DNA of 64,000 nucleotides from Desulfuromonadales bacterium (GCA_033549025.1 JAWSUS010000002.1:96001-160000), one strand, 5' to 3'; shown: positions 20,268 through 30,998, numbered from the stretch's first letter. Numbers and translations: made by a program. Notes: generated by a model from the sequence alone, not told the origin.

Positions 20268-20933
20268 CTAGACAACCACCGACTGGGCGTTCTCCTTGAG
20301 CAGAGCGATGGTGGCCCCGTAATCGGCCGTGCCGAACACGGCGCTACCGGCCACGAAGACATCGGCGCCGGCAGCGGCGACCTGACGGATGTTATCCGCC
20401 TTGACCCCGCCATCAACCTCCAGCTCGACGGCCAGCCCGCGCCGATCGATCAGCTGGCGCAGCGCCTCGATCTTGGCCAGGGCGGAGGGAATGAAGCTCT
20501 GGCCACCGAAACCCGGATTGACGCTCATGACCAGAATAAGATCGACCTCTTCCAGGATCACCTCCAGGGTCGAGACGGGCGTCGCCGGGTTGATGGACAC
20601 CCCCGCCTTTTTCCCCAGGCTGCGAATCAGCTGCACGGTCCGGTGCAGATGGGGAACCGCCTCCTGGTGAACGGTCAGGATATCGGCGCCGGCTTCGGCG
20701 AACTGGGGAATATAGCGGTCGGGGTTCTCGATCATCAGATGCACGTCGAGGGGAAGCGCGGTGGAGCGGCGGGCCGCCTCGACCACGAGGGGTCCGATGG
20801 TGATGTTGGGGACGAAATGGCCGTCCATCACATCCACGTGCACATAATCGGCACCGCCGTGTTCGATGGCGGCAATCTCCTCTCCCAGCCGGGAGAAGTC
20901 GGCAGACAGAATCGAAGGAGCAATCTTAACCAT
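20268..20933 (-). CDS. rpe: Ribulose-phosphate 3-epimerase
   Basis: [36 protein letters not shown]. Confidence 0.98.
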   Translation of the reverse strand: MVKIAPSILSADFSRLGEEIAAIEHGGADYVHVDVMDGHFVPNITIGPLVVEAARRSTALPLDVHLMIENPDRYIPQFAEAGADILTVHQEAVPHLHRTVQLIRSLGKKAGVSINPATPVSTLEVILEEVDLILVMSVNPGFGGQSFIPSALAKIEALRQLIDRRGLAVELEVDGGVKADNIRQVAAAGADVFVAGSAVFGTADYGATIALLKENAQSVVV

Positions 20934-20966
20934 GGCAAATCTCCGGGTTCGGGGTAGTAGAATCCA

Positions 20967-22340
20967 TTAAGGTCGCGCTTGGCGCACAAATCGCGCCGCG
21001 AAAAAGGCATCCATTCCCCCGCAGCGCGCCGGGGTGGTGCGCAAGGCGCCCCGCTCGTCAAAGAGGGGTGCCCAGGCGGCCGGGGTCTCCTGGCGCAGGT
21101 CTTCAAGGACGAACTCGGGATGGTCGGCCAGAAAACGGTCGACAACGCCCCAGGTTTCCCGGGCCGTCAGGGTACAGAGAGAATAGAGCAGCCGCCCGCC
21201 GGGGCGCACCAGCATCGCGGCATTGTCCAGAATGGTCTTTTGCAGATCCGACAGGGCCGGGATATCCGGCGGCGTACGCCGCCAGCGGATTTCCGGATTG
21301 CGCCGTAAAACGCCGAGACCGCTGCAGGGGGCATCGACCAGCACACGATCGAAGCTCTTCTGCTCCAGAAAGTCAGGGAAACGAGACATATCCCAGGCTT
21401 TCGCCTCAATACCTTCGCACCCAAGCCTCTGCGCGCCTTCGGTGATGAGCCGGACGCGCTGGGGGTGAAGATCGAGGGCCAGCAGGCGGACATCGTTTTT
21501 CGCCAGGGCCGCCAGATGGGTCGTTTTGCCGCCGGGGGCGGCGCAGGTGTCGAGCAGGCGCTGCCCGGGGCGGACGTCGAGCAGATGAGAGACGAGCATG
21601 CTGGCCTCGTCCTGCACCTGGAACCACCCTTCCTCCTGGCCGGCCAGGGGAGAGGAGCCGCGGCGGGTGACGACGATCCCTTCGGGGGCGTACTGACAGG
21701 GACGCACCTCATGGCCAGCGGCCTGCATCTTGTCCATCAAGGTTTCCCGGTCCACCCGCAGCGTATTGACCCGCAGCGTAAAGGGGGGCTGTTCCAGCAT
21801 GCTCTCCCCCAGCGCGACGGCCTCCGCGGCGCCCCAATCCCTGATCCACAGCTGTGCCAGCCAGCGGGGCACCGAAAGCACGTGCTCCAGGTAGGCCCTC
21901 TCGTTGCCGGCCGGGCTGGGCCATGGAATCTTCTCGTGCTGGCGCACCAGGTTGCGCAGGATGCCGTTGATAAACCCCGTGGCTCTTTCCAGCTTTTCAC
22001 CGCGCGCCAGCTCGACGGCCTGGTTGACGGCAGCCGAGGGTGGAATCCGGTCGAGCGCCAGAATCTGGTAGGCCCCCAGCCGCAACAGCCAGAGCACCTT
22101 GCTTTCGATCTTCTTGAGCGGCGTTTTGCAGAGCTGGGACAGGGCAAAGTCGAGACGCCCGCGCTGGCGGAGGATGCCATAAACCAGTTCGGTGGCCAGG
22201 CCCCGATCGCGCGGATCGAGCCGGGGGTTTTTCTCCAAAACCGCATCCAGGGTCAGATCGGCATAGGCGCCGTCTTCGACGCGCAGCAGGATATCGAGGG
22301 CTATTTTGCGGGGATCGGATGAGGGCACGTGTTTTTCCAA
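20967..22340 (-). CDS. rsmB: 16S rRNA m5C967 methyltransferase
   Basis: NusB-like N-terminus, VQDEAS, DTCAAPGGKT, DAPCSGLG, YSLCT. Confidence 0.95.
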   Translation of the reverse strand: MEKHVPSSDPRKIALDILLRVEDGAYADLTLDAVLEKNPRLDPRDRGLATELVYGILRQRGRLDFALSQLCKTPLKKIESKVLWLLRLGAYQILALDRIPPSAAVNQAVELARGEKLERATGFINGILRNLVRQHEKIPWPSPAGNERAYLEHVLSVPRWLAQLWIRDWGAAEAVALGESMLEQPPFTLRVNTLRVDRETLMDKMQAAGHEVRPCQYAPEGIVVTRRGSSPLAGQEEGWFQVQDEASMLVSHLLDVRPGQRLLDTCAAPGGKTTHLAALAKNDVRLLALDLHPQRVRLITEGAQRLGCEGIEAKAWDMSRFPDFLEQKSFDRVLVDAPCSGLGVLRRNPEIRWRRTPPDIPALSDLQKTILDNAAMLVRPGGRLLYSLCTLTARETWGVVDRFLADHPEFVLEDLRQETPAAWAPLFDERGALRTTPARCGGMDAFFAARFVRQARP

Positions 22341-22439
22341 AAACCGGTCAGAGGGCGAAGCGGATGGACGGGAGCGGCCCGGAAAGAGCGGCCGACAGGC
22401 CTCGTTCGGGGGCCACTATAGTGGGGCGGACCTGAAAAA

Positions 22440-23228
22440 TCAAGGCGCGCCGGCAATGACATGCTCGTCCAGCGCCTTTTCCACCTCGTCCAGCCAGATA
22501 CGCGTGTTGAAACAGGGCCCCTCGGGCCGGTGGTTGAGGATACCGATGACCGGCAGGGGGTAGGCGTCGCGGATACCGGAGGTCAGGTCCCGTTCGCAGG
22601 CGACGGCCAGAATGAAGCGGGGCCGCTTCTCGACGATGAGCTTGCGCGCCAGCGTGCCACCGGTGGCGACGGCGATGTCGATCCCCCGTTGCTGCGCCAG
22701 GGCGGCCAGACCGCTGATGTCGCAACGCCCGCAGCGCACGCATTTGTTGACATCCCCGGTGATCTTGATGGCACAGTCGAACAGCTGAATGCAGTGGGGC
22801 AGCAGAATGAGCGCCTTCTCGGGGGGCACCCGCAACTTTTTGGAACGCACGAGCTGATTGTTAAGGGCGATAAAGGATTGCTGCAGAGAGTCGCGATCGA
22901 TCCCCACCAGACGCCCCACGGCGATGATGGCCGGGAAGAGATATTTGATGACGATCCCCCGCAGCCGCTGGGAGAAAAAGAGATCCCGGCCGCTCAGCAG
23001 GGTGAGGACCAGCAACAGCAGACCGCCGACGATGAGCAGGCAGAGCAGGCTCAGCACCACGCCGAGGGCGACGGGCAGCAGCGGATGAAGGGTGCGCAGA
23101 CCGACACTGGGAACCCACCACAGCAAAAAGGCAGCCACCAGAACCAGACCGCTGACCCCGGCCAGCAGTCCGATAAAGAGGCGCTTACCGGGGGCGAAAC
23201 CTTTGCCCTGGCCACAGGCATCACGCAC
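22440..23228 (-). CDS. DUF116 family protein
   Basis: LLPHCIQ...C...CVRCGRCDI, ATGGTLA, AVACERDL, GPCFNT; GTG start next to the fmt stop. Confidence 0.85.
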   Translation of the reverse strand: MRDACGQGKGFAPGKRLFIGLLAGVSGLVLVAAFLLWWVPSVGLRTLHPLLPVALGVVLSLLCLLIVGGLLLLVLTLLSGRDLFFSQRLRGIVIKYLFPAIIAVGRLVGIDRDSLQQSFIALNNQLVRSKKLRVPPEKALILLPHCIQLFDCAIKITGDVNKCVRCGRCDISGLAALAQQRGIDIAVATGGTLARKLIVEKRPRFILAVACERDLTSGIRDAYPLPVIGILNHRPEGPCFNTRIWLDEVEKALDEHVIAGAP

Positions 23229-23229
23229 G

Positions 23230-24177
23230 TTACAACTCCAGTCGGACACCGGGTTCAATGGGCCGGCCGCGCAAAAATTCCGCCGCGGACAACCATTTTT
23301 TTCCCGGCAGCTGCAAGGAGCGGATAAAGAGCGACCGCTGCCCACAGGAAACGAGGATACCGCGTTCGGTGGCCGAGACGATGGTACCCGGCAGCCCTTC
23401 CACCTCCTCGTGGGGGAGGGTGTCGGCGATCTTCAGCATCTCTCCGGCCAGAAAGGTGTAGGCCCCCGGCCAGGGGTGCAGTCCCCGCACGAGGTCGTGA
23501 ATGGTCTCGGCGTTCTGCGCCCAGTCGATGCGGCCATCGCTTTTACTCATCATGGAGGCGTAACAGGTCTGGCTGTCATCCTGGGGTTCGGGCTTGAGCT
23601 CGCCGGCGCAGAGCTGGCGCAGGGTCTCTTCCATGGCCTCGCGGCCGAGCACGGCCAGGCGGTCATGGAGCTGTCCGGCGGTCTCCAGCGGGCCGATAGC
23701 GGTCGCCCGCTTGACGAGCATATCCCCCGTATCGAGACCGACATCCATCAGCATGGTGGTGACGCCCGTCTCCTTCTCGCCATTGATAATCGCCATGTTG
23801 ATCGGCGCGGCGCCGCGGTAGCGGGGCAATAGGGATGCGTGCACGTTGATACAGCCGTATTTGGGGATATCAAGTACGCTTTTGGGCAGAATCTGGCCAT
23901 AGGCCACCACGACGATGAGGTCGGGGGCCAGCTCCTGCAGAACAGCCACCGAGTCGGGACTGCGGAGTTTCTCCGGCTGATAGACGGGGATCTGGTGCTG
24001 TATGGCCAGTTCCTTCACGGGCGGTGCCGCCAGCTTGCGGCCACGGCCCTTGGCCCGGTCGGGCTGGGTGAAGACGGCGCACAGGTTCACCCCGGCCTCG
24101 ATAAGTCCCTGCAGCGTGGGCAGGGCGAAATCAGGGGTTCCCATGAAAACGGTGCGGATTTCCCGGGGTTCGATCAC
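23230..24177 (-). CDS. fmt: Methionyl-tRNA formyltransferase
   Basis: FMGTPDFA, TQPDR, INVHASLLPRYRGAAPI, LDTGD. Confidence 0.98.
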   Translation of the reverse strand: MIEPREIRTVFMGTPDFALPTLQGLIEAGVNLCAVFTQPDRAKGRGRKLAAPPVKELAIQHQIPVYQPEKLRSPDSVAVLQELAPDLIVVVAYGQILPKSVLDIPKYGCINVHASLLPRYRGAAPINMAIINGEKETGVTTMLMDVGLDTGDMLVKRATAIGPLETAGQLHDRLAVLGREAMEETLRQLCAGELKPEPQDDSQTCYASMMSKSDGRIDWAQNAETIHDLVRGLHPWPGAYTFLAGEMLKIADTLPHEEVEGLPGTIVSATERGILVSCGQRSLFIRSLQLPGKKWLSAAEFLRGRPIEPGVRLEL

Positions 24178-24692
24178 AGCTGCTCCTTCATCTGTTCCAG
24201 TATTTTCTGGTATTTCTTGCGGAAAAACCCCTTTTTGAGGGGAGAGAGATGGTCCACGAAGAGGACGCCGTCCAGGTGGTCGATTTCGTGCTGAAAGGCG
24301 ATGGCCAGCAGGCCGTCGGCCTTCATCTCCACCGGGCGCCCCTCCATGTCCTGATAGCGCACCGTCACCTGGGCTTGGCGATGAATGGCCGAGTAATAGC
24401 CGGGCACCGACAGGCAGCCTTCTTCCTCGTAGGACTCGCCTTCGCTGGCGACGATCTGGGGATTGAAGGCGATGATGAGCTGCGGGGGTTCACCGCTGCC
24501 GGTACAGTCCAGCACGATCAGCCGTTTGGAAACGCCGACCTGCGGAGCGGCCAGCCCGACGCCGGGCGCGGCGTACATCGTTTCCGCCATGTCGCGAGCC
24601 AGGGTACGCAGCTCCTCGGTGACGGTCTCCACCGGTACGGCCTTCTGCTTCAGCACGGGGTCGGGATAATGTCGTATGGGAAGTAACGCCAT
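24174..24692 (-). CDS. def: Peptide deformylase
   Basis: GVGLAAPQ, EGCLS, QHEIDHLDG; ATG at 24692. Confidence 0.98.
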   Translation of the reverse strand: MALLPIRHYPDPVLKQKAVPVETVTEELRTLARDMAETMYAAPGVGLAAPQVGVSKRLIVLDCTGSGEPPQLIIAFNPQIVASEGESYEEEGCLSVPGYYSAIHRQAQVTVRYQDMEGRPVEMKADGLLAIAFQHEIDHLDGVLFVDHLSPLKKGFFRKKYQKILEQMKEQL

Positions 24693-24814
24693 GACAGAGG
24701 TCCTTTTAATCGCTGACACACGCCCCGTGGGGGCGCCTTTTCACAAAAAAAAATCATAAAGGCAGAAGACCGTTAAAGTCAACTTTTACTCCGTTAGCGC
24801 CGGCAAACCTGCTG

Positions 24815-24843
24815 AAAAAAGGGACCGGCTTGCGGCCGGCCCC
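24815..24843 (-). terminator. Intrinsic terminator after sucD
   Basis: GC-rich hairpin (GGGACCGGC/GCCGGCCC on + strand) followed by a T6 tract on the minus strand. Confidence 0.7.
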
Positions 24844-24851
24844 TGCTATTC

Positions 24852-25733
24852 CTACTTCTTTTTGGCTCCCATGGCGGCGGCCATCGCCTCCCCCATGCGG
24901 GTCGGGCTCTCCGCCACCACGACACCGACCTCCTTGAGGGCGGCAATCTTGTCCTTGGCCTTGCCCTTGCCGCCGGTGATAATGGCGCCGGCGTGGCCCA
25001 TGCGCTTGCCTGGGGGCGCCGTCACGCCGGCGATAAAAGCCGCCACCGGCTTTTTCATGTGCTCGCTTATCCATGCGGCCGCGTCCTCTTCGGCGCCGCC
25101 GCCGATCTCCCCGATCATGAACACCCCTTCCGTATCCGGGTCGTCATTGAAGCGCTCAAGGACATCGATGAATTTCATGCCGATGATGGGATCGCCACCG
25201 ATGCCGACACAGGTCGACTGCCCCAGGCCGGCGTCGGTCAACTGTTTGACCGCCTCGTAGGTCAGGGTGCCGCTGCGTGAGACGACGCCGATCTTGCCCG
25301 GTTTGTGAATATAGCCCGGCATGATGCCGACCTTGCATTCGCCGGGAGTGATCACCCCTGGGCAGTTGGGCCCGACCAGCAGGGTGCGGCTGTCGTCCAC
25401 GACGCGCTTGGCCGTGACCATATCCTTGATGGGCACGCCCTCGGTGATGCAGATAGCCAGCTCGACGTTGCTGGCACAGGCCTCCAGGATGGCATCGGCC
25501 GCTCCCGGCGGCGGCACGAAAATCAGTGAGACGTTGGCGCGGGTGACGCGAACCGCTTCCTCCATGGTATCGAATACGGGAATCCCTTCGACGTGGATGC
25601 CCCCCTTCCCCGGCGTGACCCCGGCCACGATCTGGGTGCCGTATTCCCGGCACTGCTTGGTATGAAAGAGGCCGGCTTTGCCGGTGATCCCCTGGACGAC
25701 GATTTTTGAATCCTTATTGACCAGAATGGACAT
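24852..25733 (-). CDS. sucD: Succinyl-CoA synthetase alpha subunit
   Basis: [30 protein letters not shown]. Confidence 0.98.
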   Translation of the reverse strand: MSILVNKDSKIVVQGITGKAGLFHTKQCREYGTQIVAGVTPGKGGIHVEGIPVFDTMEEAVRVTRANVSLIFVPPPGAADAILEACASNVELAICITEGVPIKDMVTAKRVVDDSRTLLVGPNCPGVITPGECKVGIMPGYIHKPGKIGVVSRSGTLTYEAVKQLTDAGLGQSTCVGIGGDPIIGMKFIDVLERFNDDPDTEGVFMIGEIGGGAEEDAAAWISEHMKKPVAAFIAGVTAPPGKRMGHAGAIITGGKGKAKDKIAALKEVGVVVAESPTRMGEAMAAAMGAKKK

Positions 25734-25799
25734 GATGCACTCTCCGGATAGGGTAATGGGTTATCCTGTGGACAGTCCGCCTGCCGGCAAAATAACGGG

Positions 25800-26978
25800 T
25801 CAGGCGTCTTCCGGCCGGGCTTCCGCCAGCATCTGCACGATGGCGGCGGCGCCGTCTCCCAGATAATCGACGCACTGGACATTCAGCCCCGATTCGACCA
25901 GCAGCTTTTTGCCCTCCTCCACCTGGGAGCCGTCCATGCGCACCACGATGGGCAGGGTGCAGTGCACCTCCGAGGCCGCCTCGATAATGCCCTGGGCGAT
26001 GACGTCGCAGCGCATGATGCCACCGAAGATATTGACGAACACCGCCTGCACATCCCGGTCCTGCAGGATAATCTTGAAGGCCTCGGCCACCTTTTCGCGG
26101 GTGGCGCCGCCGCCCACATCGAGAAAATTCGCCGGCTCGCCGCCGTTCTCCTTGAGCACGTCGAGAGTCGCCATGGCCAGGCCGGCCCCGTTGACCATGC
26201 AGCCGATATTGCCGGTGAGCTTGATATAGGCGAGATCGAACTTGCCGGCGCTGATCTCGAGAGGGTCAAGCTGGGAGTAATCCATCAGGTCGTGGTATTC
26301 CCAGTGGCGGAAGATGGCGTTGTCGTCGAAATTGATCTTGGCGTCCATGGCCAGCAGCCAGCCCGCCCGCGTCACCACCAGCGGGTTGATCTCCACCAGG
26401 GAGCAGTCCTTCTCCAGCACGCAGCGATAGAGATTGAGGATCAGATTGACACAGTCCTCGCTCAGGCTCCCCGTCAGCCCCAGCGCCAGGGCGATCTTGC
26501 GCGCCTGGTAGGGACGCAGGCCAGTGTAGGGGTCGATGGTCAGCTTGAAGATCTTGTCGGGAGCCTTGGCCGCCGTCTCCTCGATATCGACGCCCCCCTC
26601 GGCGGAAGCGATGAGACAGTAGCGTGAGGTACTGCGATCCAGCGTGATGGAGAGATAGAATTCCCGGGCGATGCCCACGGCCTCTTCCACGAGAATGCGT
26701 CGCACCTTGAGTCCCTCGGGACCGGTCTGCGGCGTCACCAGCCGCTTGCCGAAGAGTTCCTTGGCGATCTCGTGGGCCTGCTCCGGATGGTGCACCAGCT
26801 GCACGCCCCCGGCCTTGCCGCGGCCGCCGGCATAGATCTGGGCCTTGACCACGCAGGTTCCCCCCATCATCTTGGCAGCCCGTTCCACCTGATCGGCGGT
26901 CAGGGCCACGCGCCCCCGGGGTACGGGAATGTCGAAACTGCCGAGAATCTCCTTGGCCTGGTACTCGTGAATGTTCAT
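25800..26978 (-). CDS. sucC: Succinyl-CoA synthetase beta subunit
   Basis: MNIHEYQAK, KAQIYAGGRGKAGG, NGAGLAMAT, NIFGGIMRCD. Confidence 0.98.
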   Translation of the reverse strand: MNIHEYQAKEILGSFDIPVPRGRVALTADQVERAAKMMGGTCVVKAQIYAGGRGKAGGVQLVHHPEQAHEIAKELFGKRLVTPQTGPEGLKVRRILVEEAVGIAREFYLSITLDRSTSRYCLIASAEGGVDIEETAAKAPDKIFKLTIDPYTGLRPYQARKIALALGLTGSLSEDCVNLILNLYRCVLEKDCSLVEINPLVVTRAGWLLAMDAKINFDDNAIFRHWEYHDLMDYSQLDPLEISAGKFDLAYIKLTGNIGCMVNGAGLAMATLDVLKENGGEPANFLDVGGGATREKVAEAFKIILQDRDVQAVFVNIFGGIMRCDVIAQGIIEAASEVHCTLPIVVRMDGSQVEEGKKLLVESGLNVQCVDYLGDGAAAIVQMLAEARPEDA

Positions 26979-27073
26979 ACAATCCTCTCAGCGCTAAAAA
27001 GCCTTCGAAAACAGCCGCCACGCCCATCCTCCCGCCGGCTTTCAGCGGGGCGCGGGCTGGCAGCAGCGATAAT

Positions 27074-27289
27074 TCAGGAGCCAGTCGCGGCCTCGGCCTT
27101 CCCTGCCAGGGTTTCATCGGCCAGGGGCCGCACCTCGACCACCTTGTCCATGGCGATCTGGTGAAAGGCCAGGCGTCCGCGCAGAAAGAGCAGCTCCTCG
27201 CCCGCCTCCCAGAGCACCCCCCGGTAGGTCAGTTCGGAGGTTCTGACTTCGACCTCTTTGCCCAGCAGCGCATCCAACCGGGTCCGCAT
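27074..27289 (-). CDS. Small hypothetical protein, possibly Sm-like beta fold
   Basis: 71-aa ORF with AAGGA RBS; LLGKEVEV...YRGVL...LFL pattern. Confidence 0.6.
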   Translation of the reverse strand: MRTRLDALLGKEVEVRTSELTYRGVLWEAGEELLFLRGRLAFHQIAMDKVVEVRPLADETLAGKAEAATGS

Positions 27290-27302
27290 GATTTTAATCC
27301 TT

Positions 27303-27353
27303 GAAAAAAAGAAGCCCGCCTATCCCGGAACATTGTACCAGAGATCGGCGGGC
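27303..27353 (-). terminator. Probable terminator after transaldolase
   Basis: GCCCGCC...GGCGGGC stem with T tract on the minus strand. Confidence 0.55.
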
Positions 27354-27381
27354 AGGCCATCGATGGGGAAAAATCGCCGGA

Positions 27382-28026
27382 TTATTTCTGCATTTTCTGC
27401 CAATCCGCCAAAAACTTTTCGATGCCGACATCGGTGAGCGGGTGCTTGACGAGCTGCCGGATGACGGCAAAGGGGATGGTGCAGATATCGGCGCCGATCA
27501 GGGCGGCGTTGAGCACATGCAGCGGGCTGCGCACCGAAGCGACGATGATCTCGGTATCAAAGCCGTAGTTGTCATAGATGGTCTTGATCTGGTCGACCCC
27601 TTCCATGCCGTCGTGGCCGACATCATCGAGCCGCCCGACAAAGGGAGAGACAAAGGTGGCGCCCGCCTTGGCGGCCAGCAGGGCCTGCAGGGGCGAAAAA
27701 GCGAGGGTGACGTTGGTCTTGATCCCTTCGGCCGTAAAAATCCGCGTGGCCTTGAGGCCCTCTTCCGTCAGGGGCACCTTGATGACGATGTTGGGATGAA
27801 TTTTGGCCAGCTCGCGCCCTTCGCGGAGCATGCCGTCGGCGTCGAGGGCGATGACCTCGGCGGAGATGGGGCCGTCGACGATGGAGACGATCTCGGTGAT
27901 GACCTCCCGAAAGTCGCGGCCGCTCTTGGCAATGAGAGACGGGTTGGTGGTGACGCCGTCCACCAGGCCAAGATCATGGGCCTGGCGAATCTCTTCCACG
28001 TCGGCGGTGTCGATGAAAAACTTCAT
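27382..28026 (-). CDS. tal: Transaldolase (TalC/FSA family)
   Basis: [34 protein letters not shown]. Confidence 0.95.
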   Translation of the reverse strand: MKFFIDTADVEEIRQAHDLGLVDGVTTNPSLIAKSGRDFREVITEIVSIVDGPISAEVIALDADGMLREGRELAKIHPNIVIKVPLTEEGLKATRIFTAEGIKTNVTLAFSPLQALLAAKAGATFVSPFVGRLDDVGHDGMEGVDQIKTIYDNYGFDTEIIVASVRSPLHVLNAALIGADICTIPFAVIRQLVKHPLTDVGIEKFLADWQKMQK

Positions 28027-28076
28027 GGGCTCGGTGCTCCTTTGCTTTCAGCTGGGTTTGGGGGTTGTCTATGTCG

Positions 28077-29999
28077 TCAGTTCGGATCGAGCAGGCGGAT
28101 TGTCGGCTTTTCCGGGGGCAGCAGCGCCTGGGCCGCGGCCAGGTTATGATAGGCCAGCGCTTCGACTTTGGCCAGTTTTTTCAGGAGTTCCGCGTCGCCG
28201 GCCGCCGCCTCGCGGCGGACCTTCAGGGTCGCCAGCAAGGCCTCCAGCCCCTGCTGGGCGCTCTGGTATTTCTGCTCATCAAAGGGGAGGGAGAGGTCCA
28301 TCCCCTCCACGTTCCAGGCCTGGGGAAAGACCACGAAGGGGGCAAAATCCTCCACCCGGCGCCCCTCGCGCACCTTGATGTCGCCGTATTTCAGATTCTC
28401 GAAACGCAAGCCCTTCTCGTCGGCGACGATCTGGTAGCTGCCGGTGAAGGGTTCGCTCACATTGCGCGTGTCGCCGTAGCGGAAGGTGGAAAAAGCCTTT
28501 TGGGCATGGCTGGCGTGGCACCCCTGGCAGTCGCGTCCATAGCCGAGAGCGTGGCTGATCTTGTCCATCTGAATCCACAGAATGGCCTGGCCGTCCCCCG
28601 GCAGCTCGCCGCGGGTCCCCGTAATGATAAAGGCATCGTTGGTCTCGGTGGCCGTCCGCGTGACCGTAAATTCTTCCACCTGGCCGATGACGGGCTGGGC
28701 GGCGATCTGGCGGGAGGGGATGGCACAAAAGACGACGCCGGTGGGCTCCAGGCCATGCTTCTGGTTGAGCACCGCCATGGGATAGGGCTTGTAGGGGAGC
28801 CAGCGCCCTTCGGGGTTGCGGATGAGGGTGGGCCAGTCGCGGATGCCGAAATAGCCGGCGTGCTTGGCGTAGGGGGTCTCCACGCCGGCCCAGGCCCCCG
28901 GCCCCCAGAAGGTGAACTGGTAGCCGCCGACCTCGTCGATGTGGCAGGAGGCGCAATCGACCTGGGCATGTTCCGAACTCTCCACGGCGGCGACGATGTC
29001 GGCGTGGCAGCGGCGGCAGGAAGCCCGCGCCTGAGGGCTGGCCGTGCTGCCAGGATCATGGCGGCGCAGGGAGTGGCAGTCGAGGCAATTGAGGCCCGCC
29101 TCCCGGTGGGCGCCGGCATAGAGGCTGCCTGGGTAGGCATAGTCTTCCCGGATGAAGCCGGCCCCGCGCCTTCTCTCCATGGGGCCGGCGTGGCAGATCA
29201 CCCCACGCTGGCCGCCGTAGCACGACAGGGGTTCGGGCTGGCCGAAGAGGTGGCGGCCCTCCCCCTTGTAGGGCTTGAAATGACAGTCGTTGCAGCCGGG
29301 ATGACACTGGTTGCAGTTGCGATCCGCCGCGGCGGCCTGGGCGGCCGAAAAAGGCACCGTGGTTTCGGCGGCCAGGCGCTCGAAGTTGTCGCCGAACCAG
29401 GCGCCGCAGTTGTGGGGACCGGGCAGGGCTTCGGCGAAGCTGCGGTTGGCGCGCTGGAAATGCAGCCGCCCCATGCCGGAGGCGTTGAACTCCTCGGTGG
29501 ATTTGCGGTGACACTGGCCGCAGGTAGCCATGGCGAGATCCGGTCGATAGGAAAAGCGCGCGGAATCCCGGTCATGCCAGTGGAGACCATTGATTTTAGC
29601 CACCCCCGCCAGCTCGGCCATAGAAGAATCCGGCTTGGGCACCAGGGCCGACGGCCCCTCTTCCTTGGCCAGCAGGGGTGAGAGACCCAGCCGCGATCTC
29701 TCCATGGCCTCCCCGGCCAACCCCTGGCCGCTGACCATGAGCAAAGGGCGCAGCATCCCCTGATGGGCCGCGGCCGCCTCCCGGGCCGTCGCGTCGCCCA
29801 GATGGCAGTCCACACAGGTGGGTTCCCCCTTCATATTGACTTCGCGGTCGACCTGGGCCGGGTCGAGATAGAGGGTTTCAGCCCCCAGGGCGCGCATCTT
29901 CTGGGCATCGCCATGGCACTGCACGCAGCCTGAGGCCGGATCGTAGGCCTGGGCGGCCAGGGGAAGAAGCAACAGTGTGATCAGCAGGAAGGGTTTCAC
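28077..29999 (-). CDS. Periplasmic multiheme c-type cytochrome (9 CxxCH + 1 CX8CH)
   Basis: Signal peptide (GTG start, AAGGAG RBS); CVQCH, CVDCH, CGQCH, CNQCH, CNDCH, CLDCH, CRRCH, CASCH, CQGCH plus CYGGQRGVICH. Confidence 0.9.
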   Translation of the reverse strand: MKPFLLITLLLLPLAAQAYDPASGCVQCHGDAQKMRALGAETLYLDPAQVDREVNMKGEPTCVDCHLGDATAREAAAAHQGMLRPLLMVSGQGLAGEAMERSRLGLSPLLAKEEGPSALVPKPDSSMAELAGVAKINGLHWHDRDSARFSYRPDLAMATCGQCHRKSTEEFNASGMGRLHFQRANRSFAEALPGPHNCGAWFGDNFERLAAETTVPFSAAQAAAADRNCNQCHPGCNDCHFKPYKGEGRHLFGQPEPLSCYGGQRGVICHAGPMERRRGAGFIREDYAYPGSLYAGAHREAGLNCLDCHSLRRHDPGSTASPQARASCRRCHADIVAAVESSEHAQVDCASCHIDEVGGYQFTFWGPGAWAGVETPYAKHAGYFGIRDWPTLIRNPEGRWLPYKPYPMAVLNQKHGLEPTGVVFCAIPSRQIAAQPVIGQVEEFTVTRTATETNDAFIITGTRGELPGDGQAILWIQMDKISHALGYGRDCQGCHASHAQKAFSTFRYGDTRNVSEPFTGSYQIVADEKGLRFENLKYGDIKVREGRRVEDFAPFVVFPQAWNVEGMDLSLPFDEQKYQSAQQGLEALLATLKVRREAAAGDAELLKKLAKVEALAYHNLAAAQALLPPEKPTIRLLDPN

Positions 30000-30122
30000 G
30001 GGCGGCTCCTTTTCGGCAAGGGCACGGGGAAACGGCCGGAAGACACCGGAAAAAACGCCGCGCCGACATCTCTTTATAGATAGCAGAGATGAGCCACTGT
30101 GCAAATGCAGCCGGGCGACCCG

Positions 30123-30380
30123 TCAGGATTCGTCGCCGCGATAAGCGTCGCGGCAGGCCGTGGAGCAGAAATAGTGGGTCTTGCCCTTGATGACCTTGGT
30201 GATGGCGTCGCCGCGGGGCACATAGGTGCCGCACTGGGGATCCTTGACCATGGTGTCGCCCTGCGCCGTCTTCTCGGGCGGGGGCGAGGCCGGTCTGTTG
30301 CCGGTCAGGGTACGGAGCAGGGCACTCACGAGGGTGTAGCCCAGAAAGAACAGGATGAACAGCAGAATCAGACGGACCAT
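30123..30380 (-). CDS. Small membrane protein with YHS/TRASH domain
   Basis: N-terminal TM helix, then MVKDPQCGTYVP...HYFCSTAC. Confidence 0.8.
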   Translation of the reverse strand: MVRLILLFILFFLGYTLVSALLRTLTGNRPASPPPEKTAQGDTMVKDPQCGTYVPRGDAITKVIKGKTHYFCSTACRDAYRGDES

Positions 30381-30384
30381 GATA

Positions 30385-30882
30385 TCACCATGTGCGGGCG
30401 AGCAGGGCTTCGCCCCCCTCGTCGGGAAGAGATTGGAGAAGCTCCGAGACCGTGCGGTTTTTTTGGGGATGCACGAGCAGCGGAGCCAGGTCGGCCAGAG
30501 GCAGCAGGACAAAACGGCGCTCATGCAGGCGCGGATGGGGGATTTCCAGACCGGGAACGCGGCAGAGCTGGGCCCCGTAAAATAATATGTCGATATCGAG
30601 GGTCCGCGCCCCCCAGCGTTCCTGGCGCACGCGCCCCCCGGCCGTTTCGATCTGCTGGGTCAGCCGCAGCAGCTCTGCGGGCGAAAGGCGGGTGTCGATC
30701 TCCAGCACCGCATTGAGATAGGGGGGCTGGCCGTCTGGCCCGCCGACGGGCCGGGTTTCGTACAGGCCGGAAGAAGCGAGCAGGCGGATACCGTCCGCCT
30801 CGGCCAGACGCCGCCGGGCCTCGCGCAGAGTCGCCAGACGGTCACCGAGGTTGGAACCGAGGGCCAGATATGCTTTAATCAT
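30385..30882 (-). CDS. folK: 2-amino-4-hydroxy-6-hydroxymethyldihydropteridine diphosphokinase
   Basis: YLALGSNLGD, YLNAV, RWGARTLDIDIL, IPHPRLHERRFVL. Confidence 0.97.
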   Translation of the reverse strand: MIKAYLALGSNLGDRLATLREARRRLAEADGIRLLASSGLYETRPVGGPDGQPPYLNAVLEIDTRLSPAELLRLTQQIETAGGRVRQERWGARTLDIDILFYGAQLCRVPGLEIPHPRLHERRFVLLPLADLAPLLVHPQKNRTVSELLQSLPDEGGEALLARTW

Positions 30883-30998
30883 GAGGAAACACCTTCTGAT
30901 AACGCACCGATTAAATCACAGACCTTCCACCGCCGTCAACGAACGGTTCCGCGCCCTTGGGGCCTCCTCGGCGTCGCTCCGTGAAAGGATAGGAAGCC

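Noticed and set aside
18993..20957. 654-aa + strand ORF
   Set aside because: Antisense shadow of the sensor and rpe genes; no motifs; common in GC-rich DNA
24800..24843. GGCAAACC...GAAA...GGGAC resembling a c-di-GMP-I riboswitch
   Set aside because: No GCAAAG continuation, opposite strand to the flanking genes, and better explained as the sucD terminator
28065..29681. 538-aa + strand ORF
   Set aside because: Antisense shadow of the multiheme cytochrome
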